A program made the position numbers and the translations under genes. Of a stretch of 64,000 nucleotides of DNA, positions 36,874 through 50,100 are shown one piece after another; position 1 is the stretch's first letter, and every line of letters starts with the position of its first letter. Under the pieces are notes generated by a model. The model worked only from the letters and a program-made list of their open reading frames with translations. It ran no database searches and was not told where the DNA came from. Source of the stretch: Phoronis australis (lineage: Eukaryota; Animalia; Phoronida); NCBI GenBank assembly GCA_002633005.1, contig NMRA01000412.1, forward strand, positions 76,614 through 140,613. Reading direction: 5' to 3'.

Positions 36874-39800
36874 CTGCAACAAACGTGCATTTCTGAATTA
36901 TGTACAGGGAAACTTAACCTTTGTTACTTAGCTTGTTAACAGTGGAATATTAACTACCACTGAGTCACTTAAATCATTCAACAATGTGGCTCTGAAACCA
37001 CAGTAAACTCATTTGGATCAAGAATGTTAACTCCCCAACAAAATCATTTTGCAAGTATGATGACACTTAGCATGAAAGAGTCAGACACAGTGAAGAAAAT
37101 ATTACTCGCCTCCAAAAAAGACAAAATGAAGCATTTAGCAACGAGAATTGTGTGTTTACTTTCTTGGAGGCAGGTATAACAGGCTATTTCCAGGTTTGGA
37201 GCTAAATACCCAAAAGGGGATTTAGTGTCCTATTCAATAGCCTCATTTTGTGGGACACAACATTACGCATGTAATTATGAGACACATCATTCATTACCTG
37301 TGTCTGTATGGGACACATCATTATGCATCTCTGTATGAGACACATCATTACATGTGTCTGTATGGGACACATCATTATGCATCTCTGTACGAGACACATC
37401 ATTACATGTGTCTGTATGGGACACATCATTATGCATCTCTGTACGAGACACATCATTACATGTGTCTGTATGGGATACATCATTATGCATCTGTAGAAGA
37501 CACATCACTACATGTACGTGTGTCTGTATGGGATACATCATAATGCATCTCTGTATGAGACACATTATTATGCGTGTCTGTATGGGACACATCATTATAA
37601 TGTGTCTGTATGGAAAATGGCAAAATGCCAAAGTGGTTGGGAGGGGAGGGTAAATTTAGAAATCAGATACGGTACTTAAATTTAAAAATCAGTTCCACAT
37701 GGACACTAGTGGAACATTTGAAGTGAGATATAAAAAGGTATAATAGTATAGTTACATGATAAAAAATTTTGAACTGCTTGGCAAATATTTCACTAAAACA
37801 AATTTTTTCAAGAACGCAAAATGTTTTCTGCTTACTTCTGACACTCCATTAGACACTTTTGGCCTTGACGCTCGGATGAATGTGATTTTCCCACGCTTGT
37901 AGTCATAGTTAGGTATTCCCCTGGAATAATGATCATATAGTTACGAGTCTTGGGTAAAAATGACATTTATTTTGTTATTTGCAGTTAACTATAAATCACA
38001 CTGAACAAATATGGGAACTTGATGTAACACTGCAATTGTAAAAGTGAGTTTTGGACAAAAGCAGCATTAATATTGGAGGAAGATTCCTGACAACAGTATA
38101 ATAACTTGGTTTGATGCAATTAGTATACTAGGCAGAATTCTGTAAACTGTTTTAAATTCAGGAAAATGTGCAACTTGTAAATTAGAATTATTTTTTATGT
38201 GGATAATAAATGATTTTCAATTAATGGTGAAAAATATTTGGACTAAAGCATTATAAAGGACTTCAAAACTGCACAAACCCAACTCATGTTTTGTGATCCA
38301 ATTGCAAGTGTTTACAAATTTTCTATTAGTGAAAATCCACGAAAATACTACACACACACTTAAATTTTCATGACATTGTGCAATTTCTACTAGACCCATT
38401 CACAGAGAACTAAAAAAGCCAAAATTGACAGAGAAGCAATAAGGAGTTGAACAACACAGCTGTGTACTAACCGTTTTATCTCTGCAGGATCTATTGATAA
38501 ATTGCCTTGACTGTCTGTTCCTTTCTTTTTACCATCTAGACGATTACCAGAGCCTTGGAATGCCTGAATAAAATACCGGCTAAACACTTCATACCGTTAC
38601 AAGAAGATTTCAACATTCTTATCAATGGTGAATGCATTTCATTGTTGACAGTTCAAAAGTCTGCTGTCAAATTTTTCTGACACAAAGGCTCAATAGAAAC
38701 TTCTTTTTCGAGCACTTTTGGATTCCTTGAAAGTATACTTGTAAAGCAACTGCCACCATTCATGATATTGCCATTTTACAAATTGACATCGGTAACAAAT
38801 CTCTGTCACTTGCTAATTACTTTCAGAAGCTAACTTTAGCATCCAGACCAAAAACACAACAATCACCCCCTTACTCTGAACACTGAGTTGTCGATGTAGT
38901 CAGAAACATCTACTGGCTCCTCATTGTGGTGCTCTGGTGGCGCCACCTGTCGTTGAGGTTCCTGGTAACCCACAGGAGGGGCAAAGTCGACCTACAGAAT
39001 TCAAAGCAGGTTCACAGATGTGTTCATAACTTTAGGAATTTCAAATCCCATACATACAAATGAGGCCTATTTTGGCTTAATAATCAACTGCTTCATTCTT
39101 TATCTTATTTTGAAGTTGGCTACTTTTGACTCACAGATGTGAGGGTCACGATAACTTTTCCCCTCACACTACTGGCCATCAATTACGTACAGGTCTCAAA
39201 ATATCTTATTTGTTACAACAAAGAGAGCACGCTAGACCATAAAAAAGAGGAGCTATTTCCACAATCTGAAAAAATAAATCATTTAGTTGATGTACACCTT
39301 GAACATGCCTCACAAAAAATACCAAAACTTTACCAGTTCCATCTCAAAGGGTTATTAATGGTAAAGTTACTAAACAAAGTAAACTAAAGCCTAAGTTTAC
39401 GTAAACAAGATTCCTGAATGAATGTTCGCGGCACTTCAACAAACTATACTTAATGCCACATCACTGCTGTAAATGAAAGTGGCAACAAGCATTCAGGAAA
39501 TAAATTTCATGATACAGACTTACAATAATTATTAAATATCAAGAAATTTTGCCCTAGTCTGTGTTTTGAGTACATGTGAATCATATGCAGTCTCTCAACA
39601 AAAGAACTTACATTCATGTCACATTCAATGATAGAAACCGCTTTTCCAGGTTTGGTCTCAAGAACACACAATTCATAAATCTGCAATTGGAGGTAAAATG
39701 AAAAAATTAAGCAGAATTCGTTAGCTAATCCTAAACAAAATATGGATTCTGGATTTTGTTTTGGACTGCATCAAGAACATTTTCTACTACCAAGAATGCA

Positions 39801-42800
39801 AAGTTGACATAATTTTGTTTTTAATGCCAATAATTTTCACTGAATGATATATATTAAATACAATGACAGCATTGTGAACAAAATGGAGCAAGCATTCCAA
39901 AGAATACAGACTCAAGGATGGTTGCCTTTACGGCACTTGAATTCCTTAGAAATGACACAGAAAGTACTTCTCACCGAGTCATTTGAAAATTATCCACTTT
40001 AATGTTGCCTACAATGACAAAAAGAGAATTGACTTTCTCCACTTTTTTGAAAACTTTAATTGTATTTAACAGGCTTTTTATGATTGAGGTATGTGTAACA
40101 CAGAAATGTCATCACTTGAACTGTTTGCAGGTGTACTTTCCAAAATCCTGATGATAAAAACATTGAATTTAGTGAAACTCTTAATACTTACTCTATTGTT
40201 GTATGTGATGGCCACAACATCGCCTTCACTCAGGCAAGCAAAGTTCCTCAACGCCTGCTCCAAACTGGTGCATGGTTAAGGAAATCCAAATTATTCACCT
40301 GAATTGTTAATGGCAAGTGGGAAAGATTACTTGTGAGCACTCGTTGGTGCTCACAAGCAACTAAGTTTCAGAACAACTACGTGGAGCAAGCCAAACAATT
40401 AGAAAATATAGTAAACTACCACAAAGCAGTGATGAATGTCTACATCTGGGAACTAGCATCTAATCTCAACTAATAATTGACCACTTGCATGCCGCGCTTC
40501 GAGTAAACTTTGAAACACTTGAATCGTGCGTCACGATTGGTTAAGATTGGAGTCTGAATCTGAGAAGAGTCCGAGTTTGAAGACTAGATCCTGGGCAATA
40601 GAGACTCCTATTACTGTGACTGAAGTGGGTCACAAAAGAAGCACACTAACGAGAACAGGGCTTACCATGAGATTGGGCATTTTATGTTGCTGCTATTGAA
40701 CCCCAGGGCCCTCTTTCACCTAAGCTGAAAGGAACCTGAGCCTTCTGAAAGGGCAACATTCTCATATGATTGGTAAAATCATTACCTCCCTTCAAGATAA
40801 TTTCTTACTTAAAAAACTTTCAATGGGAAATAAGACTTAATATCAGGGTGATTTCCATCAGATACTGAGGCTCAAGATCTTTGGATCCACAAGCCACATT
40901 CATAAATGAGGTCAAATATAAGAGATGGGAACTGCAACCTAAAAAGTTCATGGCGTTTATATACATAGTACCCCCAAAATCTTTTGCAATGATAACATAT
41001 CACATTTTCAATCTCCAAAGGATACACTGCTTTCGGATTAGTTATGTCTAGGAAATCTGTCGACTGTGGTTGGAATTTGGCAAAAGTTGCTATTGGCAGT
41101 GAAACATTTTTTACAGAAATAAACCCTTCTTCCTCCAGGAGAAGATTTCGCATCATCTGCAAAGAATGAAATATCAGTCATTACACGATGCTTTACAAGA
41201 AGCAAACATGTACAGACAATGGGCGTGGTTTTCAAAACCAAATGAACATGCTCCAAGAACGGCTAAAATTTCAATTCCTCTTGACATAAAGCAATTTTTA
41301 ACCAAGGCCAAAGAAGCAAAGTTGGTTCTGGTCTTCATCCCGATTCATTTTAAAACCTGCACTCACTGCCCACCTGCAGCAATTTCAGTCGAGGTCTTGT
41401 GTATCTTTTTTAAAGCAGTACAGAGGCACGTAAACAAGTGCACGCAAGGTTTGAAACACCATGATTTGCCAAGCAATGATAAAAAATACTTTTTGCTTGT
41501 CTCAGGTGGATTTTCTGTTCTGAAAAAAGTGACTAACTAAAAAATACTACTCCACCGGCTCGAATTTCACAAACCAGAACTGATTAATAATATAGTTACT
41601 TTTTGGGCCTTACTAGCTATTTTTAAATCATAGGTTATTATTCACCTGTTCAATTAAACCATTTTCAAAATGCTAGGCTATGACAGAAACAGACACAAAC
41701 AAAATCATGCAATGTTTGTTTGTACTTCACATTAAGTTGTTTCTTTGAAAAATTTGTGACTTTTCACCAAGACCATCAACATAAAAATTTCACTCAAAAC
41801 TTGTAGCTAATTTAGCTACAAAGGTGTGTCTGAGGTTTTCTTAAAAGGCAACCAATTTGTTTACACAAAGTCAGTTTCTTCCACAAGAGGGAATTTAAGC
41901 GCGACTGGATTTACAAAACTCAAAAAGGTGTTCAAAACACTGTGCGGAATTTCTGTGTTAAGCTTTGGAATAAAATCCATCTAACTGGTACCAAAGACCC
42001 AAAATGAAATAATTTGCTTAAAAATGACTAATCCCCCAATACTTTAGAATCGTTGCATAGGTTTTCAAAGTTGACACAAGAAAGCTTAACTCATCACAGC
42101 AAAATTCAAACTCAACGCAATGACGAGTAAAAACAAGTGGTGGAAAACAGTGAATGATAATCAAGCATCATTTTCAAGCATCAATAGTATCGGGATTGGG
42201 TGCAATACACCACAAATATTTTACTCACCCAATACGGCAGATAGACTCTACCTTCGTCAGCCACAAACTCCAACACACCACAGTGTGTCTCTCTGCCTGT
42301 GGTACTGTTGGTCAGCTTGAACAACATCGGGTACTGGATGTTAAGTCGGGCTAGAAAACACAGGTAAAGTGATTGTGATTGTAACGCGTCATTCAACTAC
42401 CATGTATCAACTGTAAAATTATTGGAATATTTCGATAGAATGTGATTCCCAAGTCTTTCATGCCAACTCAGAAGCTTCCAAAAACTGACTCAATGACAGA
42501 AAATGACTTTTTAAGGAAATGCCGCTGAACATTAAATGTTAACACCTCCACACTACATCCAATATTAAATGATCAACATATTTACATGAGGTACGAATTT
42601 TCTGAGTTAGTCCCTTGTCACAGTTTTGACATTTCTCAACAAGTCATTTCATGCAGTTGCATGTCGAAATACATTTTTTCCAGAAAAGAAAATTTTCAAA
42701 AACATTATGGATGAAGTAACAAGAATGTTCCTTAAATAAGGAATGACTGGCATTTCTGCATCGTTAGCTACATGACATCATTATTTAAATATTAAATGGA

Positions 42801-45800
42801 TTCGAAAAATTACTTACTCAGAGTATCCAGAGCAGACGGAGGCATGATAACTGAAAGGAAAATTATAACATTCAGCTTTGTCAATGGAAAACCTTAAATG
42901 TAAGGGCAATCAATTTTAAGAATCAATAAAATACAATTAAATAAAAATCATAAGATCTTGAATCTTTTCTCTGCCATTCACTAAACTTTATGCAAAAATG
43001 ATACAAAACATTTTTTAAAAATTTGGAGCAGCATTCGCCCTGTTTAGCCAAGTGGTAGAAAACGAAAAAGGCCTTTTACTCCCAAAAAATAGGTTTCGTA
43101 GCATGTCTTACTGTGAAAATGTAAAGCCAAATTCCTCTATTTTTGTTTTTAAGCCCAGCTAGGTATAAACTATCAAATGCAGTTTTACGAATCTAAATTG
43201 TGGAAAACAGTGCATAAATCAAAGCTGCATCTTTTGAAAAGTTAAATTTTGAATCCAGCCACATAATTTTTAAAACACCATACAAACTATTAGGGACAAT
43301 AGTCTGAGGCTACTCATCAGCTGAAACAATTTCAACGTCTTTCTACAGAAGATTGGTGAGATCAGATGACGCTGTGAAGTGAAGTAAAGATGTCCCCCTG
43401 TGAACAGTACAGTTAGGCAATGGAACAAGGTCAAGATCATCCAATGGTCATCGGTTGACTCTTTAAAGTTGCTAAATTCTTGTTCTTACCATTTTGGGTT
43501 GGTGTTGAGTTGTTTGGAATTGAAACAACTCAATATTCTATAGGTTTCGCAAGGTTTTGTTTTTTTCCATAAACAAGCTGAGGTCACTGGCATTTGATTG
43601 GTAATGTTTCAGATTTTTCTGCTAGCAGAGACTGAATAATTTTTTCAGAACATTAGAGAATGCAATGACATCTGGTTTTGGGAATTTTTTGAGCTAAGAT
43701 CAAATATCATGGTTTGTTTTGACGTATATCATACAAAAATCTGTTCAATTAGGATTTTAACCATCTTATTCGTCGAACTCGAATCCAACAACTTTAAAGT
43801 CACATTCAAATAAAAACATTTTCACAGAGAGCACCTCTTAAACTAAACTTTTGTTTGTCCCTGGCTACAGATGAAATATTATCCAACTGTTCATGGTTAC
43901 GAGGGAGGCCCTATAATTGATCAAGCCTCAGAACCCTCCAAAATGTAGATTGGCCACTATTGTCACTTGAGGAAAAAATGACAGAGATGAATATGAATAT
44001 TACTTTTATAATTAATTCTTAACAAAGAGAATAACACTCACTCTTTCCACCTCTTTCAACATCCGGTCGTTCGTTACCAGGCAACATAGAAACAGAGAAG
44101 CATCTGTAGGTTTCATTAAAATCTCTGGGTCTGCTGCTGAAACTGAACTGAAAACAAAAAGGGATGTATAAAACTGAAGGTGGAGACACTAGACGTGGCC
44201 TTGACAATAGAGGTCCTAAATATTTCATAGAGTAAGCCAGTGCACGCTATCAATGCCCAAGAATTTCAAACCGAGATGAAATAATTTTTTTCATGGGACT
44301 GATAAACCATCACCCTGGTTAAAAAACACAACTTTCGATTTGGGATACTTACCATTATCAATTCAATTTTATCTTGTTCCTTACTCAGATTTAGAAATGG
44401 TTTCTAGGCTAAACAAGAACTGACAGTCCATTACTGTTTCAGATCAACCTTATTTTGCTCATTACGGTGCTTTAGTTTCGACCACCCAAGCAGTATTATG
44501 TCCGTTTGCAAAATCCAAGGCATTTTAATGTCAATTCAATTCAAACATGTTAACAAACATTGCTTTGGAAGGGCAAATGCACTTGTAAGCTTTTTTGATA
44601 CCAAACCATCGTTTATCATGTCCCACAAAGCACAAATTGGGTCAAGCTCAAGTCGAACCTTCAAACTCTGGCTGGCTAGAATATATCAAGTAAACAGTAC
44701 TCTATCTTATCATTAAAACAGTCAGTGAACTCCATCTGGTCCATTGTTTTATCCCATACGTGTTGATTCAGTCGAGTAAAAACAGCCATGTGATAATGTT
44801 TTCCGTATTCACCTCCCGCACTACTTCAACAGTGACCTTTGACATGGAAAGTTCAACGACTCTACGTTGTTAGCCAGTTCAATCATTAAACTTTCCGAAT
44901 ATAGTTTAAATACAATTGCAGCAGTATACATAACACTTGACATGGAATCTGGTCTCAAACGTAACATCTGGTACAAAACTGTTAATTATATGACACTTCT
45001 ATCTCAGTTTTCAATTGCTAAATATTTTATCGTCTGCAACTCAGGCACCGATTCCTTGGTAACTACAATATCAAATATTGTTGTTATTTAGCTATTTTCA
45101 GGAAATGTTATCAGATGTACAATTACAATTGTTTTCATCTTTGTTATCTCTTTTCAAGTAAGATATTGTTACATTTAAAACTGTTTCTTTTACTAGAGAA
45201 AAGTTGTTAGCTATCACGCAATTATATACATATAGGATGTGATCCGCCACGTGAACAGTCTGGTATTTAAAAAATCTGCCGAAAAAATGAAAGAAACTTG
45301 GGAATTCGAAGTGTATGGGATGAATACAAAACTCGACATTATTCTTCCATCTTGGTCGATACGTAGAATGATGTCTTGTGAGATATTACTCTCGGTATGT
45401 TTTGTGTATTTGCCGTGTGCTATAACTAGTTTGGAAAAACTGTTCTCTTGCACACTAAAACACGAACCATGAGAACAAAGTTCTTCAAAAATGGTGTTGT
45501 ACTGTATGTGGTTTTAAGATGGTTTAATAAATAATGTCAAAAAGGAGTAAGAATACAAAATTAAGGGAAGACAGAAGTCGGAGTTCAAGGATATGTGAAA
45601 ATCTATAAAAAAGTCAAAATTTGGCTCATATTGGAACTGCTGAATGGTTAGTGTGTGTTTTAAACAGTCATGTTCCACTGACAAATATTGAGACTTTCGT
45701 GATTTCTTATTTATTAAGATATAAGTCGCATAAAAAAGGATACAGTCAGACTACTTTTGGGATACCAAAAGAGTACAATTTGTGAATGCATTCCATGTGT

Positions 45801-46797
45801 ACGCCCTAGTCGCGGGGGTTTACACCTCATCAGAAATTGCGGGGAAGTAGAATTTACACACTTCAAATTAAGTGTCAGCAGATTGCGAAATGTATGCCAA
45901 CCTAGCCTTGGTACAAAGCTGTATATAAATATACAGCTTTGCACCGATGTCGGTAAAAAAGTGGTAAGATAAAATCTGACACAAAATTAGTGTCATTAAA
46001 AACTACAGTCTTCCTTGAGTAAACAAAAATATTTAACAGTGTTGGAAAAAATGGCGTTCTGCCGTTATTCTGCTGCTAAAGTTGTGGAGCGATCTTTAGC
46101 GACGGCTTTCGGCGCCATGAAATATTGCGACACCTATTGGCCAGTTCTTTTTTCGCCGATTCTTCAATCAACTGCTATTCTTTCACGAGCTTGCGTACAG
46201 TCATCACAACAAATTATTGGAACTGGTTTCACTTCCTTATAATTTTTTAGAATTCCAATACCCAAAAACAAATTTTGCTTCTCCGAACTTGTCGCGAAAA
46301 TTTAGGAAATGGCGCGTGTGTGTGACACGAGCATATTGTTTTCGAAATGACGACATACTTTGCATAGAAAAGGCGGATAGTTACGCAAGAAAATGAAGTT
46401 TATTGCATTGTTTTTCACTTAAACGGCTGTAACGGGCAAGGTGGGCAAGGTGAGTATCGGTTGATTCCCAGATTTTGCATGCACCCCATCCGGTCTTTAG
46501 CTTTACACTTTGATACAAGTTTCACAGCGCGGTAACGAGCAGAACTACCCTGGCTGCGTGCAATTTCGGGGTCTACAGTGGTACCTAGCTGTATTTTGAC
46601 GATAGTCTTCGTACAGCTAGCTGGCTGGCTACTTAGAATAACCTTGCCCTTGCCTTGGCTTGGAATTAACTAATTCCCATTAAAACGACAAATATGCCCT
46701 GGCGCAAACAGTCGAGATACCTTTTCTGTCTAATCAGATTCTCAAATGAAATGATTTTTAAGGCAGCAAATAATAATACATGAGTCTTAATTACCAT
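36802..46797 (-). CDS. UFD1: Ubiquitin recognition factor in ERAD protein 1 (UFD1), complete; 11 coding exons, 903 nt, 300 aa
   Basis: Spliced translation [60 protein letters not shown]...[22 protein letters not shown]...[28 protein letters not shown]...[19 protein letters not shown]...[14 protein letters not shown]...[16 protein letters not shown]...[16 protein letters not shown]. Contains the UFD1 UT3 domain motifs and both SHP-box-like motifs (FxGxGxxL). Phases are consistent. Confidence 0.98.
37250..37613. repeat. Minisatellite with 27-bp monomer organised as a 54-bp dimer, in the last UFD1 intron
   Basis: GGGACACATCATTATGCATCTCTGTAC + GAGACACATCATTACATGTGTCTGTAT repeated; produces the 18-aa periodic ORFs seen in five frames. 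Confidence 0.92.
37836..37920 (-). CDS. UFD1: UFD1 exon 10
   Basis: ttccag|...|gtaagc; [28 protein letters not shown]. Confidence 0.95.
38472..38563 (-). CDS. UFD1: UFD1 exon 9
   Basis: attcag|...|gttagt; [30 protein letters not shown]. Confidence 0.95.
38875..38991 (-). CDS. UFD1: UFD1 exon 8
   Basis: ctgtag|...|gtaagg; [39 protein letters not shown]. Confidence 0.93.
39612..39680 (-). CDS. UFD1: UFD1 exon 7
   Basis: ttgcag|...|gtaagt; [23 protein letters not shown]. Confidence 0.95.
40192..40264 (-). CDS. UFD1: UFD1 exon 6
   Basis: caccag|...|gtaagt; [24 protein letters not shown]. Confidence 0.95.
40265..41025 (-). other. U12-type (minor spliceosome) GT-AG intron, 761 nt, UFD1 intron 5
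   Basis: 5' site GTATCCTTT (41025-41017); branch TTCCTTAAC followed 10 nt later by the acceptor end (...catgcaccag); no polypyrimidine tract. Confidence 0.95.
41026..41156 (-). CDS. UFD1: UFD1 exon 5
   Basis: ttgcag|...|gtatccttt (U12 donor); [43 protein letters not shown]. Confidence 0.96.
42229..42350 (-). CDS. UFD1: UFD1 exon 4
   Basis: ttctag|...|gtgagt; [40 protein letters not shown]. Confidence 0.96.
42818..42850 (-). CDS. UFD1: UFD1 exon 3
   Basis: tttcag|...|gtaagt; [10 protein letters not shown]. Confidence 0.93.
   Translation of the reverse strand, partial: LSCLRLLWIL
44042..44147 (-). CDS. UFD1: UFD1 exon 2
   Basis: ttttcag|...|gtgagt; [35 protein letters not shown]. Confidence 0.95.
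46795..46797 (-). CDS. UFD1: UFD1 exon 1 coding part (ATG only)
   Basis: Minus strand gtcaaaATG|gtaatt; exon 2 lacks the initiator Met and begins in phase 0 with FSF. Confidence 0.8.
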
Positions 46798-47127
46798 TTT
46801 GACTTTCGTACTTTCGGTTCAGTCGGATGAGACAGCAAACTACAAACTGAAAATCATGTAACTTCGCTATTTTCGTTGCACACGAAAACGTAAACAAAGC
46901 TCCAGCATATCATAAAAATTAAATATTCAATTATGTACTATTGAGGTACATTACTGAATAATGAATATTATAAATTGTTTTAAAATGTTTAAAACTACCG
47001 AATATTTGAATTTAATACGTAATATTATTTTATCAAAAATTTAACCAATGAGAGAGAGAGTCTGCAGACACTGCATTCCTGTACGCGCCAGAATATAAAG
47101 TTGTCGAAGAAAGAAGAACTGCCAAAC
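46798..47127. promoter_or_regulatory. Shared bidirectional promoter and 5' UTRs of UFD1 and CDC45 (330 bp ATG to ATG)
   Basis: Divergent start codons at 46797 (-) and 47128 (+). Very AT-rich core, CHR-like TTTGAA at 47005-47010, CCAAT at 47045-47049, E2F-like GCGCCAGA at 47085-47092. Confidence 0.8.
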
Positions 47128-47178
47128 ATGTTTATCAAAGATTTGCGGAAAGAATTCTATGAAGTTGTCCAACACCAG
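47128..47178 (+). CDS. CDC45: CDC45 exon 1 coding part
   Basis: caaacATG...|gtgata; [17 protein letters not shown]. Confidence 0.95.
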
Positions 47179-50100
47179 GTGATATATCTAGCATAGTACA
47201 ACTAAATTTTAACTCGCAGTGCTTGCCAGATTGTTCTTATGGTTTGTTTGTTGTGTCACTTGATTTCCCAACTCAGCAGACAGCAGAAACGGTGTGTTAT
47301 TCATTGGATGAACTGGTTCTCAAAATTAGGGACTCCTACATCCGACCAGTGCCAACAGAATGACAGCGTCACACTCACAGGCACACCGACACTGTCACAG
47401 ATCTGACAGTACAGTGGGAGACAATATCCAGCTAGCCAGCCAGCCAGCTACTGCAGACATTGTTTCCCCTTTCCCCTCACTGCCTCAGTGGCTGTGTGTT
47501 TGCAATGGAACAACATTGTCATTTAGCCTACTCACATGATTTTGGTATCATTCGATCCCTCACATTGTTATCCTTTTAAAAATGCAATAAAATGTCTCCT
47601 ACCCCATTCCTTGGTCTTTTATCGTCAAATTTCTGCTCTCACTATTTCCCGATAGATACCGCCATGTTGAATAGAAAGCAGCCAAAAACTGATCTAATCT
47701 ACCGACACTCATATTCTGCAGAGCATCTCTCTATGAGCTCAAACTGACCATAATGTGGAATTGTGCGAATGTGACGGGGACCTCAGGGGTTTCCTGCTCC
47801 ACTGGCTTGTCTACACTAATTTTGTCCAATCACGTGTTGTGGGTCATAGAAGAGATGATACATACAGCTGAGGCAACAAGCAGAACTACTCTCGTTTATC
47901 ACATTGGTGCAGACTAACAGGGGAAATTAAGATATACGCTCTAAGTCTCAATGTTGAGTGCACAACAACGATGCGTGATTTTCTGAGCTATATTCACACT
48001 GGTCAACATTAAAATGGAGAGCAAATATGCACCCCCTTTACTTTTTCCCAGCTTTCATTTTCCAAATGGCTAAAATTTCAGTTGTAAGCGAAAAAAATAC
48101 AGTGCCATTGTCACTTGCTGTACCAGAAAGACTAACTACTCACTACATTGTGCGAGTTACATTCTTGTAGTTACACAGAGTTAATTAAAATTGCAGTTCT
48201 ACTGCTAACTTATAACAGGGGTACTCATATTTGCAATATTGTAGCATGAAATAGTTTAAAAATGTTATTTGTAAGTCAGTTTTGACATCTTTTTTAATTT
48301 GTTGACAGTGAAACCGCTTTACTGCGTAGTAATCTTTGAGATGATTCACCACTCTGCTGGATTGGCCCAGGCTGAATTTGAAAGGTCTCAGCCAAAACTT
48401 GATGGATATTAGTGAAAAAAACGTTTATGTTCAAATTTTTACAAGGAATTTAATATTTAATCCTTAAACTTTTACATGTCGTGGAAAAGGGCGAAAATGT
48501 AAACGCGCTTGACATATTTCTTCTGGCACCTCTTTTCATCAAAGCATCGGCTTCACGGGCAATAAAATGTAACCGGCCGAAAAGATCTATGGTTTTCTGT
48601 CTAGAGTTGCCCTGTATACCAACTCCGGACTGTCTCTCACAACGATTTAACGTTATGATGGAGACCCATTGACCGTGGCCCCAAATTTGTGAAAAGGGTG
48701 TCACTTCAGAGAAATTCATGGAAAAGCGGTCAAATGATCACAGTTCTAAAAATTTATGGAAAAGAGTGTAATGCTACCCCTTGGTGCACCAGTTGTTATC
48801 TCAGGTAAAATGTAGGGGTAATCTTGAGCCGCCAAACTCCATTCACATTTGATAATGCTGTATTCTTCAGTTGAGCAAACATAGTGGTGTCAATTGGGAA
48901 ATAGTGAGAATAGAAATTTGACAATGAAATAGTTAGGTAATGCAGTTGTGGGCAAATTCATATTTTTTGTAATGCCAGCGATAGGCGTAATCGAACGATA
49001 CCAAAATTGTGTGTGTAGGTCATTATTGTAAATAATTACCCCCTGAGTGTGCAAAAACCTAGGCGGCCCGCCACTTGCAAACTTTATAGTTCTGTATAAA
49101 ATTTGTAATTTCACACCGCCTAGGTATAGTTCTACTTCAAGTTGTCACCTGGTCATCAGTGCCAGTTGTCATTGCCTGTTATAGCCATTTTTAAACGTGA
49201 AAAACATTGTCATTTTCTTTTATCATTTCTCTAGCTTTTGTATCCGGCCTGCTCCCAGCAAAATTAACTTGAAAACAGTACGTTCATTACAGACATTACC
49301 CAAATACGTGCTAGTTAGTAAACAATTGTCATCCATCTTCTGAAATGGTAAGTCACGAGGGTACTGTTTTCAAGTTTCAAAAGAACTGTTTCGAAAGAAT
49401 TATAATACTTTTGATAGTAAGCTGGAGAATAATGCAAGAAAGAAGACTTGTTTTTCACTGAAACTGTTTAAAGGCAAGATGTACAAAATAATACTTCACA
49501 TGCTTGCATATGAATTTTGCTGTTAATTCTTAGACCATATCCGTCTGAGATTATGTTCAGGCCGTATAAATTGCAAAAATTCAAGATTCAAAGGTGGGCG
49601 CTGTAATGGGCATTAAAAGTGAATTTTGGATACGTTGATGAGAATGTTAATCCATTCTAATCAGTTCTAACTTTCAGGTCCTGAATTTTTAGTACCCAGA
49701 ATATTTCAAAGCTCTATCAAGGCTACAAATAGGCTCTCCTTAGTTATTCTAACAACTGTTGCAGGAAAGTGTCTCTTTGCAAGAGGCTGTGGTGCTTACA
49801 CTAAGGCCAAATCTCACCAAAAACTGCTAACTACTACTAAACTTGTATCTTTCTGTTTCAGCGTGTGTTGGTGCTTGTGTCCTTTGATGTTGATGCAATC
49901 TGTGCTTGTAGGATTCTGCAGGTTAGTTTTTTAGCACACGTTTCCAAACTGATGACCTTCACATACTTAAGCCCACTGGTGGCAAACCTCTCAAAGTCTT
50001 TGGCAACTCAGAAGACTGACTAAAATGATGTCATTGTTTATAAAGAATGTTTTTGTTTTGGACCCTGTGGCACCAGGGTATTCCTCAGTGGGACTAAAAA

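Noticed and set aside
37202-37653. His/Cys/Met-rich repetitive ORFs suggesting a metal-binding protein
   Set aside because: Translation of an intronic minisatellite, with no start context or splice support
44250-46600. CpG-richer, transposon-like sequence in UFD1 intron 1 (similarly 47900-48850 in CDC45 intron 1)
   Set aside because: No paired TIRs, TSD or coding motifs found by eye; needs a repeat-library search
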